Of a DNA stretch of 64,000 bases, positions 1 to 9,280 are shown in pieces. The stretch's first letter is position 1; each line of letters opens with the position of its first letter. The position numbers were made by a program, and so were the translations under genes. A model generated the notes under the pieces. The model saw nothing but the letters and a program-made list of their open reading frames with translations. It was not told the DNA's origin and made no database searches. This DNA is from a virus (lineage: Duplodnaviria; Caudoviricetes): positions 96,001 to 160,000 of the IMG/VR virus record IMGVR_UViG_3300037851_000542. One strand, given 5' to 3'.

Positions 1-771
1 TACATTATTAAAAATCTTGTCGGTTACTGGGCAATCTTGATTTAAAGTACTTATAAAACCTTCTGCTACCTCGGTGTACCATTTTCTTGTGGATTGTGGT
101 ATAGAAAGATATTCCTTTAAAATATAATCTAGGTTGCAAGACTTATAATGCTGTAGGTTATGTTTGACTAGTTTTGTTTCTAGCTGTACTGCTTTATTGT
201 TTAAACTTTTTATAGTTTGATTATTACTTAGGTGTGCAGGATCGTCTATATGACTATGTATCTTAGTTAAGGTAGTATTAGTTTCTACCTTTAAGCCTAA
301 CTCTGCTATCTTAGAAAATAATAACTTAACCCATTTTTTCAAAGCAGGTTTACCTAGGGCTTCAAACCATTGATTACTATGGTTTACTACTCCTATTGTA
401 TTTAAGTCGCCTATGTCAAAAATAACAACATTATACTGACTTCTTAATACACTTATCCTTGCTCTATGCCTATTATCTAAATATGCATAAGAAGTTGGCA
501 GTATCAACAAGTACACAGGTTTATTATCTACTTTAAAAGAGTTTAACTGGGCTGTAACTATATAACTGTTATGAGATTTTAATTCTAACTCATCTATTGT
601 GTTTTTACCTTTTTTTACAGTAAACTTGCTTGCTAAATTTAATTTAATATCGTGTTTAAATGGTATATTGCATAAATATAAAAACTTATACAGAACTAGT
701 TTACTGTCCTTAAATCTTAAAAAGGGATCAGCATTACTTTTGACTACATCTGGTCTATCTAAGTTAGTCAT
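1..771 (-). CDS. Hypothetical protein, partial (257 aa, runs off the left edge; absent from the ORF track)
   Basis: Manual translation: the ATG at 771 overlaps the polymerase stop (TAATG). The frame MTNLDRPDVVKSNADPFLRFKDSK... stays open to base 1. Confidence 0.8.
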   Translation of the reverse strand, partial: MTNLDRPDVVKSNADPFLRFKDSKLVLYKFLYLCNIPFKHDIKLNLASKFTVKKGKNTIDELELKSHNSYIVTAQLNSFKVDNKPVYLLILPTSYAYLDNRHRARISVLRSQYNVVIFDIGDLNTIGVVNHSNQWFEALGKPALKKWVKLLFSKIAELGLKVETNTTLTKIHSHIDDPAHLSNNQTIKSLNNKAVQLETKLVKHNLQHYKSCNLDYILKEYLSIPQSTRKWYTEVAEGFISTLNQDCPVTDKIFNNV

Positions 772-3020
772 TATTTCATCCAGTGTGGGTTAATATGTCC
801 TTCTACTTTACCTTTAACAAAAGGGCAGTATTCTTTAAACGCACTAATCATACACTTTTCTACCATAGTTTTGCAGTCCTCTGCTGAGGAGTCTATTACT
901 TCTACTACCATCTCATCGTGCACTAGTGCTACTATTCTGGCATCCATTTTTGTGTCTCTTATAGTTTGAAACACATTGTTTGCCGCTTTTTTTAACATAT
1001 CTCCTGCGGTACCTTGAATTACGTGGTTACCTGCTTGTCTATCAATTCTTCTTTTTATACTTTTAGTTATTTTTTCCTTAACAAGATCTATATTTTCTGG
1101 GGTTATTGGTAGAAGGTATTCATAGTTCTTCTTGGCTTCTTCTGTTAACTCAGCAACTCCTAGACTTCTTATATGTCTTATGTATCTATAAGGCTCAGAA
1201 TATAACCTTCGTCGTCCTAGTACTGTATTGGAGTATAAACTTTTGTGAGATTTTTTAGAAAAAAGTGGCATTACTTTTGCCAAATAAGGATATGCTTGCC
1301 AGTATTTATCTAATATGACCTGTGCATCAACATCTGTTATTCTTAACTGTTGGGCTAAGTTATAAGCACTAGAACCGTAAAGAGAGGCAAATGACGCTAC
1401 TTTAGCTCCAGTTCTTTTTTCAACCCACTCTTTATCTTCTTCTACTTTACACTTTTGAAAAACCTGTTCATACGAAATCTTTTCCATCAAACTGACTGTA
1501 TAACAATGAAGATCTTTATCTTCATTAATGGCACTAAGCATAAAAGGGTCTTGACTAACGCACGCGGCAATACATAGCTCCTGCGCACTATAATCTAAAA
1601 TTACAAACTTATAACCCTCTCTAGCTACAAAACATTCCCTCAACCCGTATCTATTTTTAGAAGCTTCTTTATCTGCCCAAGGTACTTTTCTAGGGATTTG
1701 TTGAATATTAGGGTTTTTTACTGATATACGTCCAGTGTCAACCATTTGATTTATATTTGGATATAACCTAGACGTATCCTCGTTAACAAGTGCAGTAAGG
1801 CTAGTTCCAAAAGCAGAGTTTAATTTAGATATTTTTCTATATTTAGATAGGGCAGTTAATATTTGCCCATTATAGATATATTTATCCCTTTCACTTTGAG
1901 GGATGTTTTTAGTCGCAGCTAACATCTTCAGATCCATCTCTAGGTTTTCTAGCTCCATAGCATCCGTGGATTTAATGCCTAAGAATCCTACATTATACAA
2001 GGCTCTTAGTAGCTGCTCTGGTGACTCTAGGTTAATTGCCGCCACACCTAATAAAGTTTTTTGACTGCTAGAAGGACTTAATAATTTTAAAACCTCGTGT
2101 TTAAGGCTTTTATGATCGGCACATAAATTTTCTATAACTTCTGCGTGCCTATCTAGATCAAAAGATATACCGTTTAACTCCATATCAATTACAACTTCTA
2201 GAAAGTCAAACTCAAGTTTAGCTGTAGGCCATAAACTTAGTTCGGGAGGAAATACTCTTAAATATTCCTTTCTTTCTTCCTCTGTACTTAGTTGTCTAAC
2301 TACTTGCTCGTTAAAAATAATATTAGCACTGCACTTCTTTAGTTCTTCATACTGCTGTTTTGCTATTTTAAATACAGTATCGTAGGCTACATCTTGCGAT
2401 GCGTAAGCTAACTGAGCTGGTGACAATTGATCTCCTGGTTGCATACCTTCAAAAGATCTTTGCATTCTTTTCTTAGCATTTTCTACCTTAATTTCCGAAT
2501 CAAAAGAGGATGAGCCTAAGTCGTTTCCTACAAACTTTAGCTCTCTTCCTAGTCTACGTTGTATAACGGCGTCCAATGAAAGAGGTGTTCTATTCTGATT
2601 ACCCAGATACAATAATTTTTCTGCCACAAAAGTGTCAAAGAAATTAGTAAGAGTTATTTTATAATGATAATTAATAAATTTAGCATCAAACTTTAAGTTA
2701 TGTCCTAATTTCCAAAAAGGTTTTAAGAGAAATTTTCTAATTATATCTCTGTCTACCCTTGAGGTGTCAAATATAAATTGCTCGTTTTTAGATGTTCCTA
2801 ACTGCAAGGATAGTATCTCTGAATCAAAGTGACTTAAACCTGTGGTTTCTATGTCGAGCCCTATTAAACATTGGGGATTAGACAACATAGGGTCTAAGTA
2901 GTCAAATACTTCTAATGCTAATTTATCATTATCTACTTGGAGATAGTTAACAGTACAAGGTAAAATTAGGGTTTCACCCCCGTCCAGATGAATTTCTGAT
3001 ATTGTCGTAAACTCGAACAT
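771..3020 (-). CDS. polA: Family A DNA polymerase with 3'-5' exonuclease domain and no 5'-3' exonuclease (phage type)
   Basis: Exo I GLDIETTG, Exo II GHNLKFD, Exo III YASQD; motif A LDYSAQEL, motif B RTGAKVASFASLYG (Phe at the E. coli F762-equivalent position), motif C VHDE. Confidence 0.95.
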   Translation of the reverse strand: MFEFTTISEIHLDGGETLILPCTVNYLQVDNDKLALEVFDYLDPMLSNPQCLIGLDIETTGLSHFDSEILSLQLGTSKNEQFIFDTSRVDRDIIRKFLLKPFWKLGHNLKFDAKFINYHYKITLTNFFDTFVAEKLLYLGNQNRTPLSLDAVIQRRLGRELKFVGNDLGSSSFDSEIKVENAKKRMQRSFEGMQPGDQLSPAQLAYASQDVAYDTVFKIAKQQYEELKKCSANIIFNEQVVRQLSTEEERKEYLRVFPPELSLWPTAKLEFDFLEVVIDMELNGISFDLDRHAEVIENLCADHKSLKHEVLKLLSPSSSQKTLLGVAAINLESPEQLLRALYNVGFLGIKSTDAMELENLEMDLKMLAATKNIPQSERDKYIYNGQILTALSKYRKISKLNSAFGTSLTALVNEDTSRLYPNINQMVDTGRISVKNPNIQQIPRKVPWADKEASKNRYGLRECFVAREGYKFVILDYSAQELCIAACVSQDPFMLSAINEDKDLHCYTVSLMEKISYEQVFQKCKVEEDKEWVEKRTGAKVASFASLYGSSAYNLAQQLRITDVDAQVILDKYWQAYPYLAKVMPLFSKKSHKSLYSNTVLGRRRLYSEPYRYIRHIRSLGVAELTEEAKKNYEYLLPITPENIDLVKEKITKSIKRRIDRQAGNHVIQGTAGDMLKKAANNVFQTIRDTKMDARIVALVHDEMVVEVIDSSAEDCKTMVEKCMISAFKEYCPFVKGKVEGHINPHWMK

Positions 3021-4301
3021 CTATTTATCCTTTAACAGTTTTAAATATTGCTCTCTAGATTCTGGGATTAGAATTTTATTAGCTTCTGGGTCTTCTAACA
3101 ATCTTTTTGTGCGGTCTTGGAAGGTACCATAATCTATTTTGGAAAATTCTGCTCCGGCTACATCCATTATTTTCTTTGTTTCTAAAAGTCTTTTTTCCTT
3201 TCTTTTTCTAAACGCTTCTTTGGCTCCGTAGGCTGTCGGGTCAATAATATAATCCTCTGATAAAATCTGAGCTATTGCCATTTGATTAGCAACCTCGTAT
3301 CTTCTGACTTTAATATAGTCAGTCAAGAAACTATCTAAATTGTAATTACCCTCATATGGAACAAGCGAATGGGCTATATCTGCATTTAAAAGCTTCGGTT
3401 TTATTTTTAAGCGTTTTGTATATTTAAAATTAGTCTCACTTTCTGGAAGTATATTTTTAATTTTTTGTGAAATTTCTCTAAGAGTGAATATTTGATCTCC
3501 TGCTAAATTGTATGTACCCGTCCTTCTTTTATTTATACTATCGGACATAAACTTAGTTACGTAATTAACATGTACAAAGTCATAAGGTGTGTCGGCAGAG
3601 TATAATTCAACTTCTTTTTCCATCCTGACAGTCAAATCTACATATAGGGGTAAAAAACCAATCCATTTTCCTTTATTTATTTCATTAATATCTGTATCTG
3701 ACTTTCTGCCAAACACTTCAGGAAGTCTTAAAATTGAGTAATCATTTTCATTAGTTTCACAGTAATGTTTTACCAAATCTTCGGCTGCCAGCGCTAGACA
3801 CCCTGAGTAGTGGTTTGGTTTTAATTTTTCAGACTCTTTGCATATCTGACTACTGGAATTCTCATAGACCGAAGAGGATGATAGATATAAAAAGTAAGGT
3901 TTCCTTTGTATAGACGGGGTTCTTACTCTAACCAGTCCAGATAGGGTATGTGTCAAAGATTTTAAAGCATTAATTTCATTTAAATGGTTATCTGAAATAC
4001 CTACAGTAGGGCTATACGCGCCTGCACAGTAGACGACAACATCTATGTTTGAAGATATCAAAAAGTTATTAACTGTGTCTACAGCAGTAACGTCCATTGA
4101 TATCTGATTTAGGTTAAACTTCGCAGTTTCTGGAATATGGATAAAGTTTGAGGATATATTTTTATCTAAAGAATATATGGTGATGTTTTCTTTATTTAAA
4201 AATCTATAAATAAAGTGCCTACCTATAAACCCATTACCGCCTATTACGGCAATACGAATTCTTTGATTTAAAGTATGAGGGTTAAGTATAGAACTAGTCA
4301 T
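3021..4301 (-). CDS. Extended SDR / NAD-dependent epimerase-dehydratase fold protein; catalytic YxxxK absent
   Basis: GGNGFIG Rossmann motif, LSSSSVYE and LRLPEVFG. The active-site helix reads PNHYSGCLALAAE with no Lys. There is a C-terminal extension of about 90 aa. Confidence 0.8.
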   Translation of the reverse strand: MTSSILNPHTLNQRIRIAVIGGNGFIGRHFIYRFLNKENITIYSLDKNISSNFIHIPETAKFNLNQISMDVTAVDTVNNFLISSNIDVVVYCAGAYSPTVGISDNHLNEINALKSLTHTLSGLVRVRTPSIQRKPYFLYLSSSSVYENSSSQICKESEKLKPNHYSGCLALAAEDLVKHYCETNENDYSILRLPEVFGRKSDTDINEINKGKWIGFLPLYVDLTVRMEKEVELYSADTPYDFVHVNYVTKFMSDSINKRRTGTYNLAGDQIFTLREISQKIKNILPESETNFKYTKRLKIKPKLLNADIAHSLVPYEGNYNLDSFLTDYIKVRRYEVANQMAIAQILSEDYIIDPTAYGAKEAFRKRKEKRLLETKKIMDVAGAEFSKIDYGTFQDRTKRLLEDPEANKILIPESREQYLKLLKDK

Positions 4302-4596
4302 TGAAATTAAAATAAAATTTATTAGACCTTACATAGCTTTTTAGTTTTAATATAGTGGAATATTTACTTATTAAGCTTCTATTGTATTGGGTCAGCAGAT
4401 CTCCTATGACATAAAGGTGATCAGAATTAACTATAAAATCTGAATCTATCTTATTTGTAACTTTGTAAATGGTAGACTCTAGTGTTTTGTTATTATACTT
4501 ATAATCGTAAATAATGTGCCCTAAAAGATTGTCTAATTCGGTATCGTTTACATTATTGTTCATATTATTTTTTAGGGAAAGTCTTATATTTCTCAA
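4294..4596 (-). CDS. Hypothetical protein (more likely start ATG at 4563)
   Basis: ORF in the co-directional, tightly packed operon; stop overlaps the next gene start; no motif recognised. Confidence 0.55.
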   Translation of the reverse strand: MRNIRLSLKNNMNNNVNDTELDNLLGHIIYDYKYNNKTLESTIYKVTNKIDSDFIVNSDHLYVIGDLLTQYNRSLISKYSTILKLKSYVRSNKFYFNFND

Positions 4597-4786
4597 TAAT
4601 TACATTGCTATTACCGTCTGTAACTGAAAATTTATATTTCATAGTACAGCAACTTTTACTTATAAACTCTACTTGAATATCAACTTGACACACCTTACAT
4701 TTTATCACTTTTGGGCTATTTATACTAATACTTTTATAATCAAAAGTGTTTATATTATTGCAACTTAAGCAGGAATAAATTTTCAT
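4565..4786 (-). CDS. Small zinc-ribbon protein
   Basis: CLSC and CKVC pairs in 73 aa; overlaps the patatin stop (ATGA). Confidence 0.6.
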   Translation of the reverse strand: MKIYSCLSCNNINTFDYKSISINSPKVIKCKVCQVDIQVEFISKSCCTMKYKFSVTDGNSNVIIEKYKTFPKK

Positions 4787-5586
4787 TTTAGACCTTTTAG
4801 TAGCGTTCTAGTTTTAAGATAATAATTTTCCAAAGATTTTTGTCTTTCTTTTTTAGTAGGGTTTAGTTTCCAACTATCAATTCCCTCACTATTAAGATTT
4901 ATAATATGTATTTTATCACTCTCTTTTATTTGACTTAATACGCTTTTTTCATATAATTTTTGTACGCATAGAAAGCTTCTAGAGATTACTTTTGCAGGTG
5001 AATTTAAAAAAGTAAAGTCTTTAGTTGAAGGTTCGGGTGTGCAGCTCACTGCAAATGTTGGAAATCTACTTTTATGATTATCTTTAAAATATAGATAAGG
5101 TGTAGCTTGCCACACTGCCCCATCTACTAAATAATCACTACCGTGCTTTATTGGTTTAAATAATACTGGGATAGCACAAGAAGCTTGAACAATCTTTGAT
5201 AGATCTTCTTTATCTGGATTTTTAAATATTACGGGGTCTCCTGTTAGTATACTACATGTAACTATGTGAAGGTTTCTAACCCTATCTAAGTTTTTTACCT
5301 TTAAAGATATATCTTTTCCTAGCTTATCTAAGTTGTATATACCATTCTTTAAAAAGCCAACCTTATTAAAAGATCTATATTCATAGAAATTTTGATTTAA
5401 AGCGTACTCAACTAAAGCGTCAAAATCATAATTATATGACAACAGGCTAGCTATAATGGAGCCTGCTGAAACGCCACAAACATTGGCTATTTCCCAATCG
5501 TCTTCGAGCAGAGCTTTTATAGTACCCAGTTGTCCAATGGCTTTAGCTCCACCTGCGCCTAGTATTAAATTACATTTCTTTTTCAC
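4783..5586 (-). CDS. Patatin-like phospholipase
   Basis: GAGGAKA oxyanion loop, GVSAG nucleophile elbow, DGA catalytic Asp motif. Confidence 0.9.
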   Translation of the reverse strand: MKKKCNLILGAGGAKAIGQLGTIKALLEDDWEIANVCGVSAGSIIASLLSYNYDFDALVEYALNQNFYEYRSFNKVGFLKNGIYNLDKLGKDISLKVKNLDRVRNLHIVTCSILTGDPVIFKNPDKEDLSKIVQASCAIPVLFKPIKHGSDYLVDGAVWQATPYLYFKDNHKSRFPTFAVSCTPEPSTKDFTFLNSPAKVISRSFLCVQKLYEKSVLSQIKESDKIHIINLNSEGIDSWKLNPTKKERQKSLENYYLKTRTLLKGLK

Positions 5587-5904
5587 TTAGATTATTCTAG
5601 CCTTTATTTCAGCTATAGTATTTAAAAGTTCATTTATTTTTTTAACACTTTTGCTGTACTCAGAATCTACTGCGGATTGTAGTTGGTTTTGTTCGGGCTT
5701 GCGTAAGTTAAATTTGTATTCTTTACCCAGAGCTAAAGATATACCTTTAGGGTGAGGAACTTTAGATATGACCCCGACCCTTAACTTGCTAGTTAGTTTT
5801 CTGCTAAATTTTAAATATCTATGATAAATTAAATAGTTATTTAACTCTTCTCTGACAAGTGCTAACTCAGTATGTAATTTCCGTTGCTCGGCTGTTAAGA
5901 CCAT
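5587..5904 (-). CDS. Hypothetical basic protein
   Basis: 105-aa ORF abutting the patatin gene on the same strand. Confidence 0.6.
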   Translation of the reverse strand: MVLTAEQRKLHTELALVREELNNYLIYHRYLKFSRKLTSKLRVGVISKVPHPKGISLALGKEYKFNLRKPEQNQLQSAVDSEYSKSVKKINELLNTIAEIKARII

Positions 5905-6005
5905 AAATTACCTTAAAATTAAATATTAAAATTTAAACTACCTACTATAAGCAGTATCGGACAATTTTTAAATTAACTTTAGTTAAAAAATAATTTATTT
6001 TAATT

Positions 6006-7499
6006 TTACAAACTTTGCTGTGCTAACTTTCTCTGGTTTAAAATCTCTTGCTCTCTTTTATTTTTTAGATTATAAGCATAAGAGAAAACTTGATCAAACA
6101 TTGGTACAACATTAGTGTTCCAGTTTATAGTAGATGTCACCCAATTATAGGCATTGTCTTCTATTTTAGCTTTTACCTGAGGATTATTATAAATGAAGAG
6201 CATTTTTTGTAACATATCTTCCACGTTTGGTAAAGGACGTATAACATCATTATCATTAGGAAATACACATTTTAAGGACAATGTATTTCCAGATGCATAC
6301 AGAACCCCCCTAACTTTTTCTATGTCGTTTTGATCACCGCACAGCTCGGTATGAGACGTATTAGCAGGGGCTATAACGCAGGTTTTGGTAGCAAAAGCCT
6401 GTGTTAGAGCAAATTCCCATCCACCTCCTGTAGCAGAGGTCAATAGTAAATCAGCAGTATTAAATACTTGGTTGAGTTCGGAAATAGATAGCCCGACTTG
6501 CACATTAAAATTTGGAGGAAAAATAACATCCTTGCCTATTACCAATCCAAGACTGTTACAAACTTCAGGAAGATTCCATCCGACATCTACAGGTTTCATA
6601 TTCATATACAAGAAGGTATTATCGCCTACTGCTTTCTTGAACTCTGCAAAAGCCATTAAAGTAGCAGGTAACATTTTTCTTGGTTGATTTCTATTTACGT
6701 TTAAGCACATAAATTTATCAACAAAAGCATCCCCAAACATTACTCTTCTGAATCTTCTGGACTCCTCTTTAGAGATAGGAAAGAATTCCTTTGTATTAAT
6801 ACCGTGGGGAATAGAACTTAGTTTTTTCTCTATATCTGGACAGGCTTCTATAGACAACTGTCTACCAAAATTTAAGTATGTTATCGGGAACTCTACTTTG
6901 TTTATTTGATTTAACCACGCTGCTTTTGGGATACCGTCTATAGGAAAATAAGCTACGATAGGAACGTGTCCTAATCCTCTGGAGTTTAGGATATCCTTGA
7001 TCTTGTCTATAAATCCATCGTTAGATCCTAGTATATTACCACCAATCAGGAACGGATCTTCAAACAAAAAAACAGTGTCAATTAACCTTGGATCGATTGA
7101 GCTTAATAATTGTAAAAACTTATGTTGTCCATATTGGTGAACAGGTGCGCTAGTATGCGCCTGCATAGCAGGCCACTGCTGGTAAATGCCGTTAGAAGGT
7201 GAACCTACTATTTGGTTAGGATCAAATGCATCTCCAAAGTAGTTTATACCAACCTGTCTTACTTCATATTTTCCAGCATAATTATTAAATAAATTAGTAA
7301 GTATTTCCTTCATTACCACACCAAATCCAGTAATCACTAATGGACTAGCGCCCCAGGCTAATATCTTTATGGTCTGTTTATTAGCTACAGGCTGTAACTG
7401 TACTTGTTGGTTTGTTTGCATACTTTGCCTTATTTGATTTATTTGATTTAGAGCCTGTGGTGCATTAGAAGATGTGTTTTTATATTTTTTCTTACTCAT
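6006..7499 (-). CDS. GT4 (GT-B fold) glycosyltransferase-like protein with degenerate EX7E motif
   Basis: TGFGVV N-terminal Gly loop, IPHGINT, NVNRNQPRKM and NTADLL. The EX7E region reads GGGWEFALTQA (Gly and Gln at the two Glu positions). Confidence 0.85.
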   Translation of the reverse strand: MSKKKYKNTSSNAPQALNQINQIRQSMQTNQQVQLQPVANKQTIKILAWGASPLVITGFGVVMKEILTNLFNNYAGKYEVRQVGINYFGDAFDPNQIVGSPSNGIYQQWPAMQAHTSAPVHQYGQHKFLQLLSSIDPRLIDTVFLFEDPFLIGGNILGSNDGFIDKIKDILNSRGLGHVPIVAYFPIDGIPKAAWLNQINKVEFPITYLNFGRQLSIEACPDIEKKLSSIPHGINTKEFFPISKEESRRFRRVMFGDAFVDKFMCLNVNRNQPRKMLPATLMAFAEFKKAVGDNTFLYMNMKPVDVGWNLPEVCNSLGLVIGKDVIFPPNFNVQVGLSISELNQVFNTADLLLTSATGGGWEFALTQAFATKTCVIAPANTSHTELCGDQNDIEKVRGVLYASGNTLSLKCVFPNDNDVIRPLPNVEDMLQKMLFIYNNPQVKAKIEDNAYNWVTSTINWNTNVVPMFDQVFSYAYNLKNKREQEILNQRKLAQQSL

Positions 7500-7500
7500 T

Positions 7501-8748
7501 TCACTTAACCTTTCTAGTTCTAATTTGAGGAGATTGTAATCTATATTGTGCTGATTGTTGTATTTGGGCTACTACATCAGAAGGTAAAGTAGCTAATATA
7601 TCGTCTAGTTTGCTGTTACTGACATCCACGCAATCAAGTAAAGTATTTAAATCTATATAATTGGCTAATATCTTAGCGTTATAAGTCCTATTTGAATTAC
7701 TTAATGTGTAAACTTCCTCTGTGCCATTTGTTATTTTAGAGTTATTTTCATTATCCAGGTGTATCAGAGCCCACTTAGTTAAATCTCTTTTTAACTGTTC
7801 TAGCTCTGTTATTGTATTTTTAATATCTTTATAAATACCTAAAAAAGAACTAGGGGTAACTTCTGGAATTTTAAATGTGCTTCCTACCTGTATTAAACTA
7901 TCATTATAAGTAGTACAAGAATGCTTGAACTGACACCAAGAACAGAATGTACTTAACTTTCCTTCTGGCAAGTAACCGTCTTCGCTATTTTGAATACTTT
8001 CAACAAATTTTAATAATCCATTTCTAACTGAAAACAGCTGTTGCCTAAAACTATAACGCTGAGTATCTGTTCTAGTACTAGTAACAGTTTTTTTAAGGCG
8101 TAAGTAGTTCAACTCAACCACGCGATTAGGAAACTGAGGAAACAAATAGAAGGCAGCTAAATCGTACATAGACAGCTGTTCATCTGTTCTAGCGTCCTGC
8201 CAAGACATAGCAGTATTTGATGTCTTATAATCTATAATTTTAATTGTGGTATCGTCTAACTGTACAATTTTATCAATAAAGCCATTTATTCTAACTCCTT
8301 CTGGAAACTCAATATCAAATTCTTGCTCTACTGCGATTATTTTTTCTGGAACTAAATCTGCACGTCTTCTGTCTAGTTCTTCTTTGATTAACCTTTCACC
8401 TTCTTCGAATAGAGCAACATTATGTATAATAGAGCTGTTGTCTACCACCCTAGACATGTAATCTCTAAATGCTTGATAAGCCTCTTCATAATCTGTAAGA
8501 CTGACAGGGCATCCTGTTTCCATTACCTTTCTGGCTATTACTTCAAGTCCGTGATGAACAGCGCTACCAAAGGTAAAAATTTCAGTATCTTGTCTGGGAA
8601 GCTTATCTATATAAGAGTAATAAAACTTCCTAGGGCACTCTAAAAAAGTTTTATACTTCGATGCAGACATCTTAGTATAAATGGACTTTATCTCCTCTGG
8701 AGTTTTGCCTGTCAATGGATTGGGTCTTAGAGCTATATTATTATTCAT
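7501..8748 (-). CDS. PD-(D/E)XK nuclease, RecB/AddB/Cas4-like, probable Fe-S cluster
   Basis: SASKYKTFLECP, GSAVH, GFIDKI, IIDYKTS, QLSMY and C-terminal CSWCQFKHSC. Confidence 0.9.
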   Translation of the reverse strand: MNNNIALRPNPLTGKTPEEIKSIYTKMSASKYKTFLECPRKFYYSYIDKLPRQDTEIFTFGSAVHHGLEVIARKVMETGCPVSLTDYEEAYQAFRDYMSRVVDNSSIIHNVALFEEGERLIKEELDRRRADLVPEKIIAVEQEFDIEFPEGVRINGFIDKIVQLDDTTIKIIDYKTSNTAMSWQDARTDEQLSMYDLAAFYLFPQFPNRVVELNYLRLKKTVTSTRTDTQRYSFRQQLFSVRNGLLKFVESIQNSEDGYLPEGKLSTFCSWCQFKHSCTTYNDSLIQVGSTFKIPEVTPSSFLGIYKDIKNTITELEQLKRDLTKWALIHLDNENNSKITNGTEEVYTLSNSNRTYNAKILANYIDLNTLLDCVDVSNSKLDDILATLPSDVVAQIQQSAQYRLQSPQIRTRKVK

Positions 8749-8749
8749 A

Positions 8750-9280
8750 CTATTTAGTATAATTTAGGAGAAACCATTTTGCAAGTATAATCGCGTCGGT
8801 AGTATCATTATCTTTTTCAAAACTAAAATCATTTAGTGAGTATTCTTCTACAGCCCAATTATAAGCCCTTAATTTTTTTGCTGATTTTTTAGGGTGAGTT
8901 TCTTCTTTGGCTTTATTTTTAGTTCCTGCTTTAACTTTGTATCCTGCTGGAATTACAAGGGCTCTTGCCTTTGATGCCTCTACTGACTCATAGCGAATAG
9001 TATTAACTATTGCTTCTATGACTACCCCACGATACTGATTTAATAAGGCTGTTGTTTTAACATTCCTATCGTGATAAACACCTTCTAAAACTACAACATT
9101 TGGTTTTAAATCACTAATAAGAGAAAGTACTTCTTTTCTTAACTCTTTAAATCTTTTCCTATGATCGTGTTTAGGATTAAGCTGTATAGCCCCATAGGAT
9201 ATTAAAGAATCCCCAACAATAAAAGCATAACCCGTTTTAGTGGCAATGTCTAACCCTAGTACTCTGTATTTTTTTGTCAT
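8750..9280 (-). CDS. ruvC: RuvC-like Holliday junction resolvase
   Basis: LGLDIATKTGY, VVLEG and DTTDAI acidic catalytic set. Confidence 0.8.
   Translation of the reverse strand: MTKKYRVLGLDIATKTGYAFIVGDSLISYGAIQLNPKHDHRKRFKELRKEVLSLISDLKPNVVVLEGVYHDRNVKTTALLNQYRGVVIEAIVNTIRYESVEASKARALVIPAGYKVKAGTKNKAKEETHPKKSAKKLRAYNWAVEEYSLNDFSFEKDNDTTDAIILAKWFLLNYTK

Noticed and set aside
7501-8748. Cas4-like nuclease as a sign of CRISPR-Cas
   Set aside because: There is no repeat-spacer array or other cas gene in the window, and solo RecB/Cas4-like nucleases are common in phage replication modules.
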